Origin: Nemertoderma westbladi
Lineage: Eukaryota; Animalia; Xenacoelomorpha
Length of the DNA stretch: 64,000 bases
Direction: 5' to 3'
Assembly: GCA_032718475.1 (NCBI GenBank)
Contig: JAUCBJ010004350.1
Coordinates: 1-64,000, forward strand
Below are positions 12,798 through 25,915 of this stretch, one piece after another. Positions within the stretch are counted from its first letter, which is position 1. Every line of letters begins with the position of its first letter. Both the position numbers and the translations under genes were made by a program. The notes below the pieces were generated by a model. The model made no database searches. It saw only the letters and a list, made by a program, of their open reading frames with translations, and was not told the DNA's origin.

Positions 12798-14075
12798 GGC
12801 CCGGGTCACACATGAGCTTTTACTTTCAATTAAAATACATAATTATTGTAGCCTATGGGGACGATCACACATAAACAGTCAGCTTTCAAAATGCACTAGT
12901 CCTATGTTCTATCTAACTTGAAAGTTAAAAGCTGGCAATTCTAGCATTGACAGCCAATCGGAAGTAATGTTTATAAAATTATCAAGCAAGTGAAGTAAAA
13001 ACTATTTACATACTTGTGTGTAAAGTAGCACTTTACAGTGTGATGATCCGAGTGGCTTTGTTACACGAACGAACGTTAGTGAGTGAGTGAAAATAAAGCC
13101 ACGAGGATCAGAACACTGTAAAGTATACTTTGCAACAAGTATGTATGTATGTAGTTTTATTCCAAAATTTTAACATTACGAAATGATTGTACATATACAT
13201 TATAAGTGATAGAAACTGCACAAATGATATTAGTTGCTGTATAAATAATTGTAAAAATGACATAAATTATGTAATAAATAAGTTAGCTTATATTTATGGT
13301 GGCGTTTGGAGCCATGTTATAATAATATAGCTAGGCCCTACTGGTTATTAATAGTTATACCCCGCCTACCGGTAGGTAATGCAGTAGGCCTATCTGGCTG
13401 TCAGGCAAATACCACCTATTGTTTACGTGGTAACCAATGACGGCGTTAAGTAATATCCACTAATGGGACATTACTTAACTACTAACACCAAATACAATAC
13501 TAAATGTACAGGCCAATACAATACTGTAATCTCCTCAAAAGTTGTAAAGTGCTAAATAACAACTCGCTGTTAATACTAACGGCGTTGTGTAATGTTACAA
13601 TTTTGGAATAAAAATCCTTACCGGTAGGTATGCAAGGACCAAAGTATGTAACTAAAATATACTAAATGTAACCAAAGTATTGAATTTCGCATTCTATAGC
13701 CACACGTCCCAGCACACCTACCGGTAAGGTTTTTTACTTAACTTGCTTGACAATTAATTAAATAATTTTATTATAAATTAATATTAATGGTTCTTTAAGC
13801 GTTCATTTCAAAATAATAAAATAACCTATTCATCTGCCCAAGCTTTCCGATAACGCCGTAGGCCTACGACAACCTTTTTTTGATTGTCTGAACCCGATAT
13901 CGGCGTTTATTCCGCCGCCTGTGTAAGGAATATGCTACTAATATTACGTCATCGATTTCATTATCTATATTAAAAATTATTGCTTTAAATAAAATAATAA
14001 AAACACTTATAATCTATAATAATATTCAATAATTTTGATGAGCTGAAAGTTGAAAGTTTATGTGTAACCCGGGCC
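12798..14075. mobile_element. Non-autonomous PIF/Harbinger-like element, TAA TSD
   Basis: TIR GGCCCGGGTCACACAT at the left end and ATGTGTAACCCGGGCC at the right end; TAA at 12795-12797 and 14076-14078. Confidence 0.8.
13011..13142. repeat. About 130-bp imperfect hairpin (palindromic element)
   Basis: Arms tacttg..aaagtagcactttacagtgtgatgatccgagtggcttt and aaagccacgaggatcagaacactgtaaagtatacttt..caagta around a gaacgaacgttagtgagtgagtg loop. Confidence 0.75.
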
Positions 14076-14180
14076 TAATTGAACTAATAATATATACCAC
14101 AAATAATTAAATTCATACGGTATTTAGGTATTAAAGTTAATTAATACAATTAATTATTAGATCGACGCCATTAAACTGAC

Positions 14181-16501
14181 CTGTTCCATATTTTGCATTC
14201 TATAGCCACTTCTAGAACGCGCTCATACACGAGCGTTCCTACATCAGTCTCCATGGCAATGCTAAGAAATTGCTCGCAAGCATTGTAGTCGGAATCTGTG
14301 TGTAGTGATTCAACTACTGTTTCAAGGAAACGTTCGGTTACAGTAGAGGCGAATGCAGGATTCATTTCATTGGCTCGTTTTATAATAGAAGTAGCCTGCA
14401 TAATATCCAGCCAATGAAATACGCGTTTCTTAGGTAACATAGACTGCAGCTGAGGAAATATGTCATCCCACGTACTGTGACGTAATACGTGAGATATTGT
14501 GAAGGAAGTCGGTGTATCTGTGACGTCAGCGGCGCATTGAGATTTACAAAGATGTTTCAGGTCAAACGATAAATCGCTACCTACACATCGAGATAGATAG
14601 TGTTGGTAGACGACAGCGAGCGCGGGATAAGTCATCACTGTTTGGTGCAGGGCGGGAGCAAGCCGGGGTGTCCAACGGGGTTCGACCAATGGTAGGCAAG
14701 CAGTTAATAACTGACGAACACAATAGGTACAGTTAGGAGACGATGTATCACAACCAACCAATAGGGAACAAGCTGAGTGGCATAAGCTATTAATATTATC
14801 CAATGGGATCCAAGGTAGAAGGTGAACACAAACTGAAATTAATTTCTTTAAATGATCAAAATCAATAATCAAACTGAAATTAGTTGAAATTAACTCAGAA
14901 ATAAAAACCGCATATTTAGTTAAATATTTACAGAGTTTATGAGATTCCGGTAATAACAGAGCCAATTGGTCGATACAATAAATTAGGGTATCCTGATTGG
15001 TTGTTAGGTGCTGGTTGCCAAGAACAGAAACACTCTGGAATATATGAAATATAGAAGAGTCTTTGAGAATTAGTTTTACGAGACTAGCTACACGAGAAAC
15101 TTCTACTTGTTTAAGGATTATTTGGGATCGCAAGGCTGATAAAATGAATCTATTAAGTTGTTCGCAGATGGAATCGTTGTTGAAACGTTTTCTAACGTAG
15201 ATCAAAGACGAAGCGTAGATAAATGGGTCACCATGGTAATAGATCGAGCTCAACTCGAGATTCGTCAAATATTTATGAGATACACACTTGGGACACGAGT
15301 TAGCGATATTAACGAGAAATAATTGCACCGATTTAGAACACATAGAATTATCTTTCATTTCGTTTCGAAGGTTCGCCAAGTGGTTTTGGAACACCGACTT
15401 TGTGTGTTTCACACCGAGAGATGCTTCTAAGTCACCGTCTGATTTCAGAATAAATTCGACGACAGAGCAGAAAACCGAAGTACTACGTGTCTCATCCTGA
15501 TTTCGTCTCATAGAAACGATTAAGTCATCGTCTGTACCAAAGACTGCAATAGAGTCAACGAGAATGCAAGATAAGTAATAGTCAACCGAACTGCAACTTG
15601 TTATGTCATTACTATGGTGATCTATGACGTAAGTGAATAAACTAAAAGGATGCACCTGCGTATTCTGTTCCTTAGCAACGGCTAGGAATGTGGAAATAAA
15701 CCTGGCAAATTCAAATAGGTTCCTATTAATAAGAGCGAGATTATCCGACCAGATGGATAGAGATAACGTGTTACCATAGCAACACCCGCGAAACAAGTCG
15801 TCTACAGCGGATTTTATCGCGGTGGATTTATTTTTATTGCCGACCTCGATGAGGTGACAGAGAACCAGATTTCGTACCCAAGTTGTGTAGTTAGGTTCAG
15901 CACCGGCGGTGTTTAACGGCGGATGCCGCGCCAAAACACCGACAACGGTGCGAAACAACACGTAGGTTGAGGCCTGCGAGTTAACTGCGTCAACGTCGCT
16001 ATAGCTCTCCACGGTAGCGGCGAGGTTCGCTAGACTTTCTCCAAGAAGTGACTTCAAGTTATGGCGCCGGGAAGAGGATATGCCTAACAGATTGCAGAGC
16101 GTCGCAGTTGAACAGCCCTGGTCTAATACATCGACGTCGGTGGTGGTGTGATCCTTGGTGCAGTCATGGAGAACCTCGTCAGTATCGACCACATGTTCCG
16201 CGATGTCGTAAACAGTAAACTCATCGTCGTCAACCAGTCCAACATCAACCAAGTCCAACTGCCTGTCAATCATACTGCCGGATATCTTAGCAACAATATC
16301 AGTTAGAATCTCTGGTAGCATAGCGCCGTCGGGTATTCTTTCATCTATAGCGGAAACCAACTCTTTCTGGAACAAGGCGATATCCGAGGCAGTGTACCCT
16401 CTGTCTTCGATAATATGCACTTCCCTCACAAGTTTGTTCACCAGACCCATAGCGTTGGCAATAAGCTTAGAAGTGCTAAGCCGAACGCAGGAATTCTTAT
16501 T
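14181..16501 (-). CDS. URB1: URB1 large central exon (about 774 codons, alpha-solenoid)
   Basis: The 759-aa ORF extends upstream to acceptor ttttag (AG at 16503-16502); donor AG|GTCAGT at 14180. The start NKNSCVRLSTSKLI continues the previous exon as in URB1 (..STSVRHTALSLI). Confidence 0.8.
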
Positions 16502-18293
16502 CTAAAACATAATAACAATATTAAATGAGGATTTACAATATATCTAAATGATATTATATTTTATCTAAATGTTGATGATAATATTTCATAATGAAGAGAC
16601 TTTCGTGTCGCATAATACGAAAAAAAAGTTTTACATATCGTATCAAACGATTTTCCCACTTTTAGTGAACTATATATATACAGTCTATTCATACAATTAC
16701 TGTTTAACAATTAAATTGTATATTTTTGCATTCAAATTTAATGCAGTAAAATGCCTATAATAATTTTTAATAATAACAATAAACAATAAATTAAATTAAA
16801 CCTAGCCTATAAAATAAAATGAACCAATATCCACAACATACTAAGATAATTAAATTTATTTAGAAAAGTCGGAGAATAATTAATAGTGGAGTGGCTTAGT
16901 GGAAAAAATTGTGACAAAGGTGCCAAAAGGTTTTTTTGTGAGTAACGTTGGGTATATAATAAGATCACAAAATCCTATGCTACAAAAAATATTTGAAGCG
17001 GAGCATATTATATTTGTTGTAACATGGAAATCATGGAAAAATGGAAAAATAAAGAAATTTGGCATATATATAATAGAAACCAAATAAAAGTATTTACAGT
17101 AACCCACATTAATTAAATTGCTATATCTCGGTTTTTTAAATGTATCAAAAATAACCCCAATAGTTTATATCGTGACCAAAGAGCCAGAACAACACTCACC
17201 AAAAAATGGGCTTTCGAGAAAAATGCAAAAAACCTTCTCAATTCCCTCTATATGGATCCCGTCTCCTAATTTTTTCGAGAGAGGTCTGGGAAGATACAAT
17301 GATACATTTTATAATATTGGCTAGCATTCAGAATAAATTTTGTTAATGAAAAAAACTGTTTTTTTCGTTATTTTCCAAAGAGGCAAAACAACACATACTG
17401 AAATTGAACATTAACTCTAGTCTGTGTGTGTTGTTTTACCTCTAACGGTTTTCAACGTTTATGTTGTGAGGGTTGTTCTGGTTTTCCATATCGCCTAAAC
17501 GGACTGACATACAAGTCTAGGATTTTAACATAAGATGTAGAACGCCATCTTGAGTAATTTTGGTGAAAAATTTTTTTGAAAAATTGTGGTATGTGTTGAA
17601 GTTATGGCTCTATCCTCTATGGTCACTATATATATAACGAATCAATATTTTGGGGAAACAAGGGTGATTTAGGTCGACAAAGCAGATGGGATGGGTTAAA
17701 TGCCCCATTTAGTAGCGAAGTTTTGTTAAATACGCTTGTACCATGGAATACTAAATATACATTATATTGTATTGTACCAATGGTATTGTTATTGTACCAA
17801 ATTGATAATAAAAGATAATAAAACGTATTAAATGATTAGATCAATAAATTGGAGTTGAGCTGTTAATGCAATATCATGGTTTTGTTCAGAAAATGGAAAA
17901 AATGAGAAAGCGCGTCACCGGGGGTTGAACCAGCGCTATACGTACGTTTCAGCCTATCAGACCTCATCAGAGGCGCTAACCAGTTCAGCCACTTGTCCCT
18001 GACATTCACTATCCCACCTAATCCACTTCTATTGAACAGGCAGTCTTAAGTTGCAAATATCCTATCTCTAACAGCGGACCTAACGGCCTCAAGTATGCTA
18101 GAGTGAAACAGGAGGGAAGTACAAATAAATAAATATTCAGCTCGAGTATTGCTGCCAGGTGATGGATGTTAAATATATAAATTGCGTATTTTCTTAAAAT
18201 TACATTCCTATCTATCGGGTCCCTTCCGATAACCAAACAGCGCGTGACAGGATGTAATTAATACATAATTTACAGTAATTTTTAACTACAAAC

Positions 18294-18437
18294 CTTTAAT
18301 CCGTTTATTACTAATTCTGTGGTAAACGCCTTTGGTAAGCAGGTGTTTATGGAAACTGATACTAATTTCATAATAGGAATTCCGACAGCATTTGAGAGAA
18401 CAGGGTGACACTCCTTGAGGACAATTAGAGATGCGAT
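18294..18437 (-). CDS. URB1: URB1 exon (IASLIVLKECHPVLSNAVGIPIMKLVSVSINTCLPKAFTTELVINGLK)
   Basis: 144 bp, acceptor tttctag, donor AAG|GTTTGT, phase 0/0; resembles URB1 IPLPRLLAMVMVTTVP..FTQAL. Confidence 0.8.
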
Positions 18438-19618
18438 CTAGAAATTAATAATGGAGATTTTAAATCTGCAAGCAGCTTTCTCATATCTCATATATGAGAA
18501 ACCCATATATATTTCAGAACTAGATTTTCTCATGAAGAAGGCCCCTCTATTTTAATTCTCCGCTAACTTTAACTTAAATGAGTTGAAATTTGGTACACTT
18601 GTTCAGAATACTTTTGTCCATAAATCTTCTGAACAAATTTTTGTTCAAATGTAATTAAAAATTTTGTTACAAATTCCCTGAACACACTGATAGAATAAGA
18701 CAGGAACATTCGCATGGGCTCATTGGCGCTCATTGATGCAGTTATTACTATTACCTCCCCTGTAAACTGTGCTTTATATGATAATCTACGAACAGTGGAA
18801 TAAAGTTATCCTATTAAAATCCAAATTAATTTGGATCGACAAAATACTGTTATATACCTAGTGTTTAAAATACGGGATCCCGATCCTGAAAAATCGGGAT
18901 CCAAGTGAAAAATGTAATCTCGGTCCCAATCCCGACATTTTTTGAACGGGATCCCGAAGTATAAATAGTTGAGTAAATTTATTGAAAATCCGATGAATAG
19001 TTGAACCAGAAGAGAAATCTATTGATCATATCGAATAGTTAGATTGATGGATGTCAGTTAACCATCCGGTAACAATTGTTGTGGGATTGATGTGTATTTG
19101 ATGTATGTGGTGTATGTGTATGATGAGTAATTTTATCATTTCCGAAAGGTGTTGATATAGTATGGGTGCCAAGAACTCCTCATATCTCGAAAACTACTGG
19201 AGCTATTCAATTTTTATTTGTCTCATCTGAAAGAGGTCATAATTTTAGTTAGGGACAAGTACTTTCGACGCATATTGTTTCAGGCATTCTATCTAAGAGA
19301 AAAAACGGGCCCACTAAATTTAGGGGCTTTGCTGCAGCTTGGCGGGTCGTATCTATTATAGTAGGTCATGCCTCAATAATTGATTTAATTAAAAATACTT
19401 AAATAATTAATTAGCTCATATTGAGACGGGGGGGGGGGGGATTGGCGCAAATCCCATCTCGGCGAATTAATATCTGGTCGCAAATTAATAATGTTATTAG
19501 CAATTTAAGAGAAACAAGTATTTCAACCAACGGGCGTATTTTAGCACGACCAGTATTTCCATGTATTTAAAAAAATTGTATATTATAAATTATTATTTTC
19601 GCGTTCTATTAACTAAAC

Positions 19619-19814
19619 CTTGTTAAACAGATGAACTGCGCGATACCAAGATGTGTGATGCCGTGGCTGCCATGGTAACTCCATGTCCGACAGACAGGTG
19701 TGTATGAGACTGGGGGTAGCAACCAAGGCCTCAGCAACCAGTAGCGCTACCAATGGGTCATGTAGTTTTGGCTTCAATGCGACAATAAAGCGTTTTAGAT
19801 TGTAATTATTCTCC
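19619..19814 (-). CDS. URB1: URB1 exon (ENNYNLKRFIVALKPKLHDPLVALLVAEALVATPSLIHT...WQPRHHTSWYRAVHLFNK), end of Npa1 domain
   Basis: Acceptor ttttatttaacag, donor AAG|GTTTAG; resembles URB1 N..LLHFLLGLK...LVVNILKVCPDLL...FIPRAKSTW...LLNK. Confidence 0.85.
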
Positions 19815-22800
19815 CTGTTAAATAAAATATTCGCAGTAAATAATATTAAAGATAGGTAATATATTGTAGCAGTTCGAAAGTTGATTTTCTTGTTTTTCTT
19901 GGGAGCTATTATATTTTTTTATCTTCAGAGAAATAATTTAAATTATCTTGTCAAAATGAAAAAATTTTTCTTATTTATTTTCTGAAAAATTAAAGTGTAA
20001 ATAAATATTTAATATACTGTACATTAACTATTACGATATTATGTTATTTCCAGATTAATATTAAAGTGATACCATCTTCTCTGTCGCAGCTATTCTTAGA
20101 AGGTCACTGTCACTTTAAACAGGCAAAAGTTTAGCAAAATCTTTAAATGTTCATATCTTTTGATTGCGTGAACGAAATCCGACAATCAATTTTGGGCTTG
20201 TTTTGTAGCTCTTGATAACGTTTGTATGGGTTTTCTCAAAAAATATTACCGAACTTTGAAGGTTCACTATTACTGGTAAATGAGTTCTAGTGGCACAAAT
20301 ACGAGCCCATTTTGAAGATAATTTTATGTGCTTTTTATAACCAATTGATGTGACCATATCATCTCCTATGGCGAAGCTATTGCCAAGAATGTAACACCAA
20401 CTCGGTAAATAACATAAAAATGTAGATCGTGAACTCAATTTTCGAGGTGATGGAAAATTGATAGCGTTGATGTGTTTATATTGAGTCACCACTATTTTAA
20501 ATACTTCCAAGGTACTCACTCAACCATGAAATAAATCACATTCGATAGAAATCAACTGTTTGTTCCACGCCGAGCCTTAAATCAATCTACTTTGGATAAC
20601 CGTTTGTAGACCGCGGAAAATGTAGACGTTGGGAAAACTCACAGAAAGAAACTTCGCCCAAGATCTACAACATTCATATCCAAAGTCTACAATTCAGTTC
20701 TAGTTCGGAATGCGTTTTATTCAAAGTCTACAACGACTTCTACTTTACATAGAAATAATCTGCTGTACTCTACTGACTTGTCAAGCTCTACAAAACGATT
20801 GAATCCTTTGGGGGGTAATTTTAAATTTTGTTATTGTGTACGTTATATGTGCTACGTATTAGTGTTGTTATTGTTATTGTTGCCCGACCATTTTATATGC
20901 CCGTCCATTTTATGTCAACATGTGTACTGTTCATCGTGTTAACGCTGCTCTATCATCATATACAAGGCGCTTATATTATGTATCTCGGTTATTGATATGT
21001 ATCTCGGTGTATTATGTACTATCAAATCTGACCATCCTTTGTCCGACCATTTTATATGCCCGACCATTTTATGTAAACATAATGGTATTATGTATCTTGG
21101 TTAGTGTTATGCTTATTGGCAGTTTGTACTATCGTTTGCCACATATAAATTCTATTAATTTATCAATAAAGCCGCCGGGGCCTAAACCGGATGTTGAATT
21201 GAAAAATTGTACGTGCACTACTGGGTATACATTTTTTCAACAGCAATTTTTTTGTTTCCTTTTAAAAAAAATGTTCTTGAGCATATTATCTATTCATTCA
21301 TTCATTCAAAATTTCATTCATTCAAAGTTTTGTTCTAGAACAAATATTATTTGTTCTAGAACAAAAAATACAAAAAAAACTAGCTAATTTGTAAATTTTG
21401 TTAATTTTTATTCTATGTTATCTTTGTATCACATATTTAAAAAAATCACTAGCTACAATGAAAATTTGTAGTTGTTAGTAATTGTTTTTAACACTTACTA
21501 ATCAAATAAAAAACACCACAAAATAACATTTTTTTAAATGTTCTAGAACAAAAAATATTTGTTCTAGAACATTACTTTTTACAAAAATAAATAGACGAAA
21601 TGTTCTAGAACTTTTACATTTTTTTTTAAAAGACTAGCTTTGATAACTTCAAATGCAAAGGTTTCATTCAGCGTTAAAAACCCTTGTTTATTTATGTAAA
21701 CCTCCCTCGCTGCGCGCGCTCGGTGCATGGATAAGCTCGGGTCAAAACGCTGAAAGTGCTACTTTGAACACAACGATATAAATAGTTATTAATAGTATAA
21801 TAAGGTTTGAACTAAAATCGTGATTCTGACTTTATGTTTTGTCAATTTCATTATTAACTAGATGTTTTATATTGAACGCAATTTCGGAAATTAATAGGCC
21901 TACATTTTCAGTTTTAACTCACACAATATAATACTTCCTGCTATTTTGCCAATTTCATTCACATTCTGAAAACACAAAGGAAAGAAAACCCAAGTAGAGT
22001 AAACACTAGAAACAAGTGATTCCTTCTTAGTTCTGTTTAAGTGGTTCTGTGACTTGGTTCTTGTATACGGGCGAAGTATACTTTTCCGAAGTTTCCTAGA
22101 AAAAAACATATTTCCGGTCCTACATGTAATTCTATTGTTTTTTTTTGTCTTTATACTAGAACATTAGTCATTATTTAGCTGAGCGTTTAAAACCATCCAT
22201 CTTGTTTAATCAACGGGCGTAATTAATATTCTAGAATTTAGTAAAAAAAAATTCGAATTAATTTGATTTACTTGTCAAAATGTATACCTTTGAATTTTAA
22301 TAATGTCTTTGGCAATTTTTGTTTAAATTTAAAACGGTAAACGCGCCTGTTGTAGCTAAATAATTTGAAAATAGTAAAATCCGACCCGGCCAGCTTGTCC
22401 TGTCTTCATACCAAATTTCGTAGCATTTGATTGAAATTTGATTAAAATTAGGGGGGGGGGGGTCCAAAATTCTAAAACAGGTTGTTACATTAATATTGTT
22501 GTATTAATGGTGTAGAGTACGTAATACATAGGAATATGGGATCACCCAAAACATCACTCCCATACAAGTTAGTGAAAAAAACGGCATTGCAATACTTTGA
22601 GATATCTTTAGGTAGTTCTAGAACGTTTTAATAATATTAAATAAAGTTTTGTTTATTGTTTAAACGAGCGAACGATAATTCTTTCAACCTTTGAACCCCA
22701 ATACATTATTGTTTCTAAACGAAACCCTGTTTTTTGTAATCCTTGTTTCAAATGTCAAGCAATAGGATAAAGATTTGATGAAAAATTTGGGGAGAGGGGT

Positions 22801-23208
22801 CCCTGTCATCAAAAAATTACACTACATTACGGGTCATGGTGTACATTTCATAAGTTTTATCATAATAAAGATCATTTTAACAGTTAGAATTTGACATACA
22901 TCCACTGTGAATACTAGTCAAAGTTTGACCCTCAAGTTAGATGGCAAATTTCGACTGCATGACCTATAGAGACCGGCTTAATTTCAACGTATTTAATGTA
23001 ATAATAATATATACTAAATGTTATAATGTATATTGTGATTAATTATCGTTTAACAGAAAAACAAATAATTATGTCTAAAAGCAACAAATATGGGCGTTTC
23101 AACCAACCCTAAATTAGTCTCGCACAAACTATCACCACGTGGACTCAGCTCGTACAACCTTTCATCTCGTGCAATCTATCCCGGGCGAACTACACAAGAA
23201 GCAACAAG

Positions 23209-23577
23209 ATGGACTACCCTGCTAGCAACATCGATATCTCCAACGAAACAACCGACTTAAAACGTGCTTCTAGTTCTCAATGTTATTTGTTCAAACAAAA
23301 ATTCGACAGGAAGTTTCACATGCCAGAGTTTTATAGTGGCGTAAAGTTAGCGGATAAACCATTTAAGGCGGGAAGTATGACTCCCATAGATAGACGTCAG
23401 TCTGCCGACGATATACAGGACAATAACAAACAATGGATAATGACATTGGTTGAAACCGCTGTAATAGTCTTAACCCCTATTTACACCATCGCTTTAATTT
23501 ACTTTACTTTAGACGAAATTCCGCCTAAACAATCTGATTCTTGGCTAGAAATGTTAACTAGCCAGATTGGGTATTAA
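23209..23577 (+). CDS. Putative small protein with a C-terminal hydrophobic helix (122 aa), nested antisense in a URB1 intron
   Basis: Non-repetitive ORF of coding-like composition in AT-rich flanks; segment WIMTLVETAVIVLTPIYTIALIYFTL; no family recognised. Confidence 0.4.
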   Translation: MDYPASNIDISNETTDLKRASSSQCYLFKQKFDRKFHMPEFYSGVKLADKPFKAGSMTPIDRRQSADDIQDNNKQWIMTLVETAVIVLTPIYTIALIYFTLDEIPPKQSDSWLEMLTSQIGY

Positions 23578-23876
23578 ATGTAATGCTATAACAACATAAT
23601 TATAAATTTAAATTATGTAACTTAATTTAATATTTATATTTATTGCTAATATGCGATAAGCAAAGCATAAAGATTACTTGAACAAAACAAGAAATATACC
23701 GTAATCAATTTTGAAACTTACTTTTTAATTGTATTTTATATAAATTGAGATTTCAGCACATTGTTACACCCACGTGTAAATTTCTAATATAAATTTTAAA
23801 GTTTCTATTATTTACATTGTTCTGCTTCGTATGTCCCCCAAATGTTGTTTACCTTCTCAGTAACGATGTATACCTA

Positions 23877-24150
23877 GGTTCCACCTTGGTGTAGTGGTTG
23901 CATTGAATTCACATCTCCCGTAGGTCGTGGGTTCGATCCTCACATGGGCCAGGGCAGTTTTCGTTTCGGCACGAATGCTTTAAAGGGACCAGCCAGGGCG
24001 CATCTCTGCCTTGCATCCTTAAGTGGTAGCTAAATGAGTACTGGAGTTTCCTCTGGGGAGTAAAGTTCAGGGGGGACCGCACTGGAAATAAGTCGTCAAA
24101 CTTTGTGCGTAATCCCTGGCCTAGTGGCCGAAGAAAATTTACTTTTTTTT
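23877..24150 (+). mobile_element. tRNA-derived SINE, full length (family A)
   Basis: A box TTGGTGTAGTGG, B box GGTTCGATCC, central CCTTGCATCCTTAAGTGGTAGCTAAATGAGTAC (resembles the Meta-SINE domain, from memory), T-rich end; 3 copies in the window. Confidence 0.85.
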
Positions 24151-24833
24151 ATGTAGTCAACTAAACTAACATTATCTCTCCTATAAGGTATTTGTTATGA
24201 ACTCAGTGATTTCCTACACACACAAACACTAAATATCCAGTGATACCCAGCAAATAATTATTATTATTATATTTTTATTATTATTAATAAATAAGTTGAT
24301 AAAAAATTAATAAATAAAAAAAAATACTTAGCAACAAAGAAACGCAACAAGGAACTTCTTTGAAATAGTGTTGCGGCCTATAGGATGGAATGTTACAAAG
24401 CAATAACTAACATGTAACAATAAACTTCTAGAAAGTCTTGTGTACGGGTATTCTTCATTGATGTTTAGCCATTGTGATTATACACTGCGTGTAAGATTAT
24501 TTAGGACCATACAATAAATAATTGTTTCAGTAATTGCAAAAATTATATTAATCTCATTAATATTTCCTAAACATTACAATATTAAAGCTAAATATATAAT
24601 TCAGAACGCCGATAGATAGACATAAAGTAACAAAAACACTCGTGTGTGTGTAAATTTATGTACCGAGCGAGCGTAGCGAGGGGGTTTACATAAATATACA
24701 TAGGTCATAAATGTGAGTAGTGCCCTTTTCACACAATGATGTACCGGTACATAATGAATGTCGGAACTTTAATTACAACAATCGACCAAAAATGTATAAC
24801 AATTAAGTATTTTAAATAATACTTAATTGTTAT

Positions 24834-25070
24834 ATTACGCACAAAGTCTGACGACTTATTTCCAGTGCGGTCCCCCCAGAACTTTACTCCCCAGAGGAAA
24901 CTCCAGTACTCATTTAGCTACCACTTAAGGATGCAAGGCAGAGATGCGCCCTGGCTGGTCCCTTTAAAGCATTCGTCCCGAAATGAAAACTGCCCTGGCC
25001 CATGTGAGGATCGAAACCACGACCTACAGGAGATGTGAATTCAATGCAACCACGACACCAAGGTGGAACC
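24834..25070 (-). mobile_element. tRNA-derived SINE family A, inverted copy
   Basis: Near-identical reverse complement of 23877-24113. Confidence 0.85.
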
Positions 25071-25697
25071 AACATACATGGTTTTTAACATGGAGAAAAT
25101 TATATAAACAATAATTATCAACACGTTATTTCAAAACCAAGATCCGTGTGACAAAGTCAAATTAATTATGTATTAGGAGGTGAGTGGTTCACTAGCTGTA
25201 CACTTATTATTGAATGTAACATTATCTAACAAACACCGTTTATATTTAATTAAGTATAAACAGTTCATAGTATATCATTAGCTTATATAGTTTTTTGTTT
25301 CGCATGAGGTGGGATTTAAGGACCTGCGGAATTTAAAAAGTCCCCCAACCATAACGCTTTGTATTTCCCTCTAACGGCAAAATAAGTGTTTTTATTTCTC
25401 TGTCGAATATATAATATACCGGTATCTATATGAACAAATGAATTACCCACTAAACACCATTATTGTTCGTAAATTTAATTCACAGCTAATGATTTGTAAT
25501 GATACAATACAAAGCTCAACTAAGGTCTTTAATAAACCTAAGAAAGCAATTAACAACTAACACATACTATATAGTAAGTTTTTAGCTAAGGTAATAGGCC
25601 TATAGACAATAATTAATCTATTATTCAGCAATGTGGTATCGGACCCAAGTGGATATATGAAAGCCATAGATAGGAGGGGAGGGGGGGGGGGGGGGGG

Positions 25698-25915
25698 ACT
25701 GGACGCAATAAAAATTCATCCCTCTCCAGGGGAAATTGGACGCAAATAACAGCTGATAACTCTTAAAAATAAAACTGTAACCTGTTCTATTGTGTTTAGT
25801 TTATTGTTTTGGTTAAAATAACGTGCCACCGTAACCTGTTCCTTTCCCTAAATTTAGAATTTAACATTGAGTCGGGATAATAATTCGCAAAGGTGAGATT
25901 TGCGCCCAGCCCCCC
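25698..25915. repeat. Dispersed repeat (inverted copy at about 60973-61188; pieces at about 19420-19520 and 52625-52710)
   Basis: gactggacgcaataa..ttcatccctctccaggg..aattggacgcaaataacagctgat matches the reverse complement of 61125-61188. Confidence 0.7.

Noticed and set aside
20151-22109. Minus-strand ORFs 20151-20519 and 21900-22109 as extra URB1 exons
   Set aside because: Exons 51471 and 19814 join directly into URB1-like sequence (LGTGTK-ENN); these ORFs show no recognisable homology.
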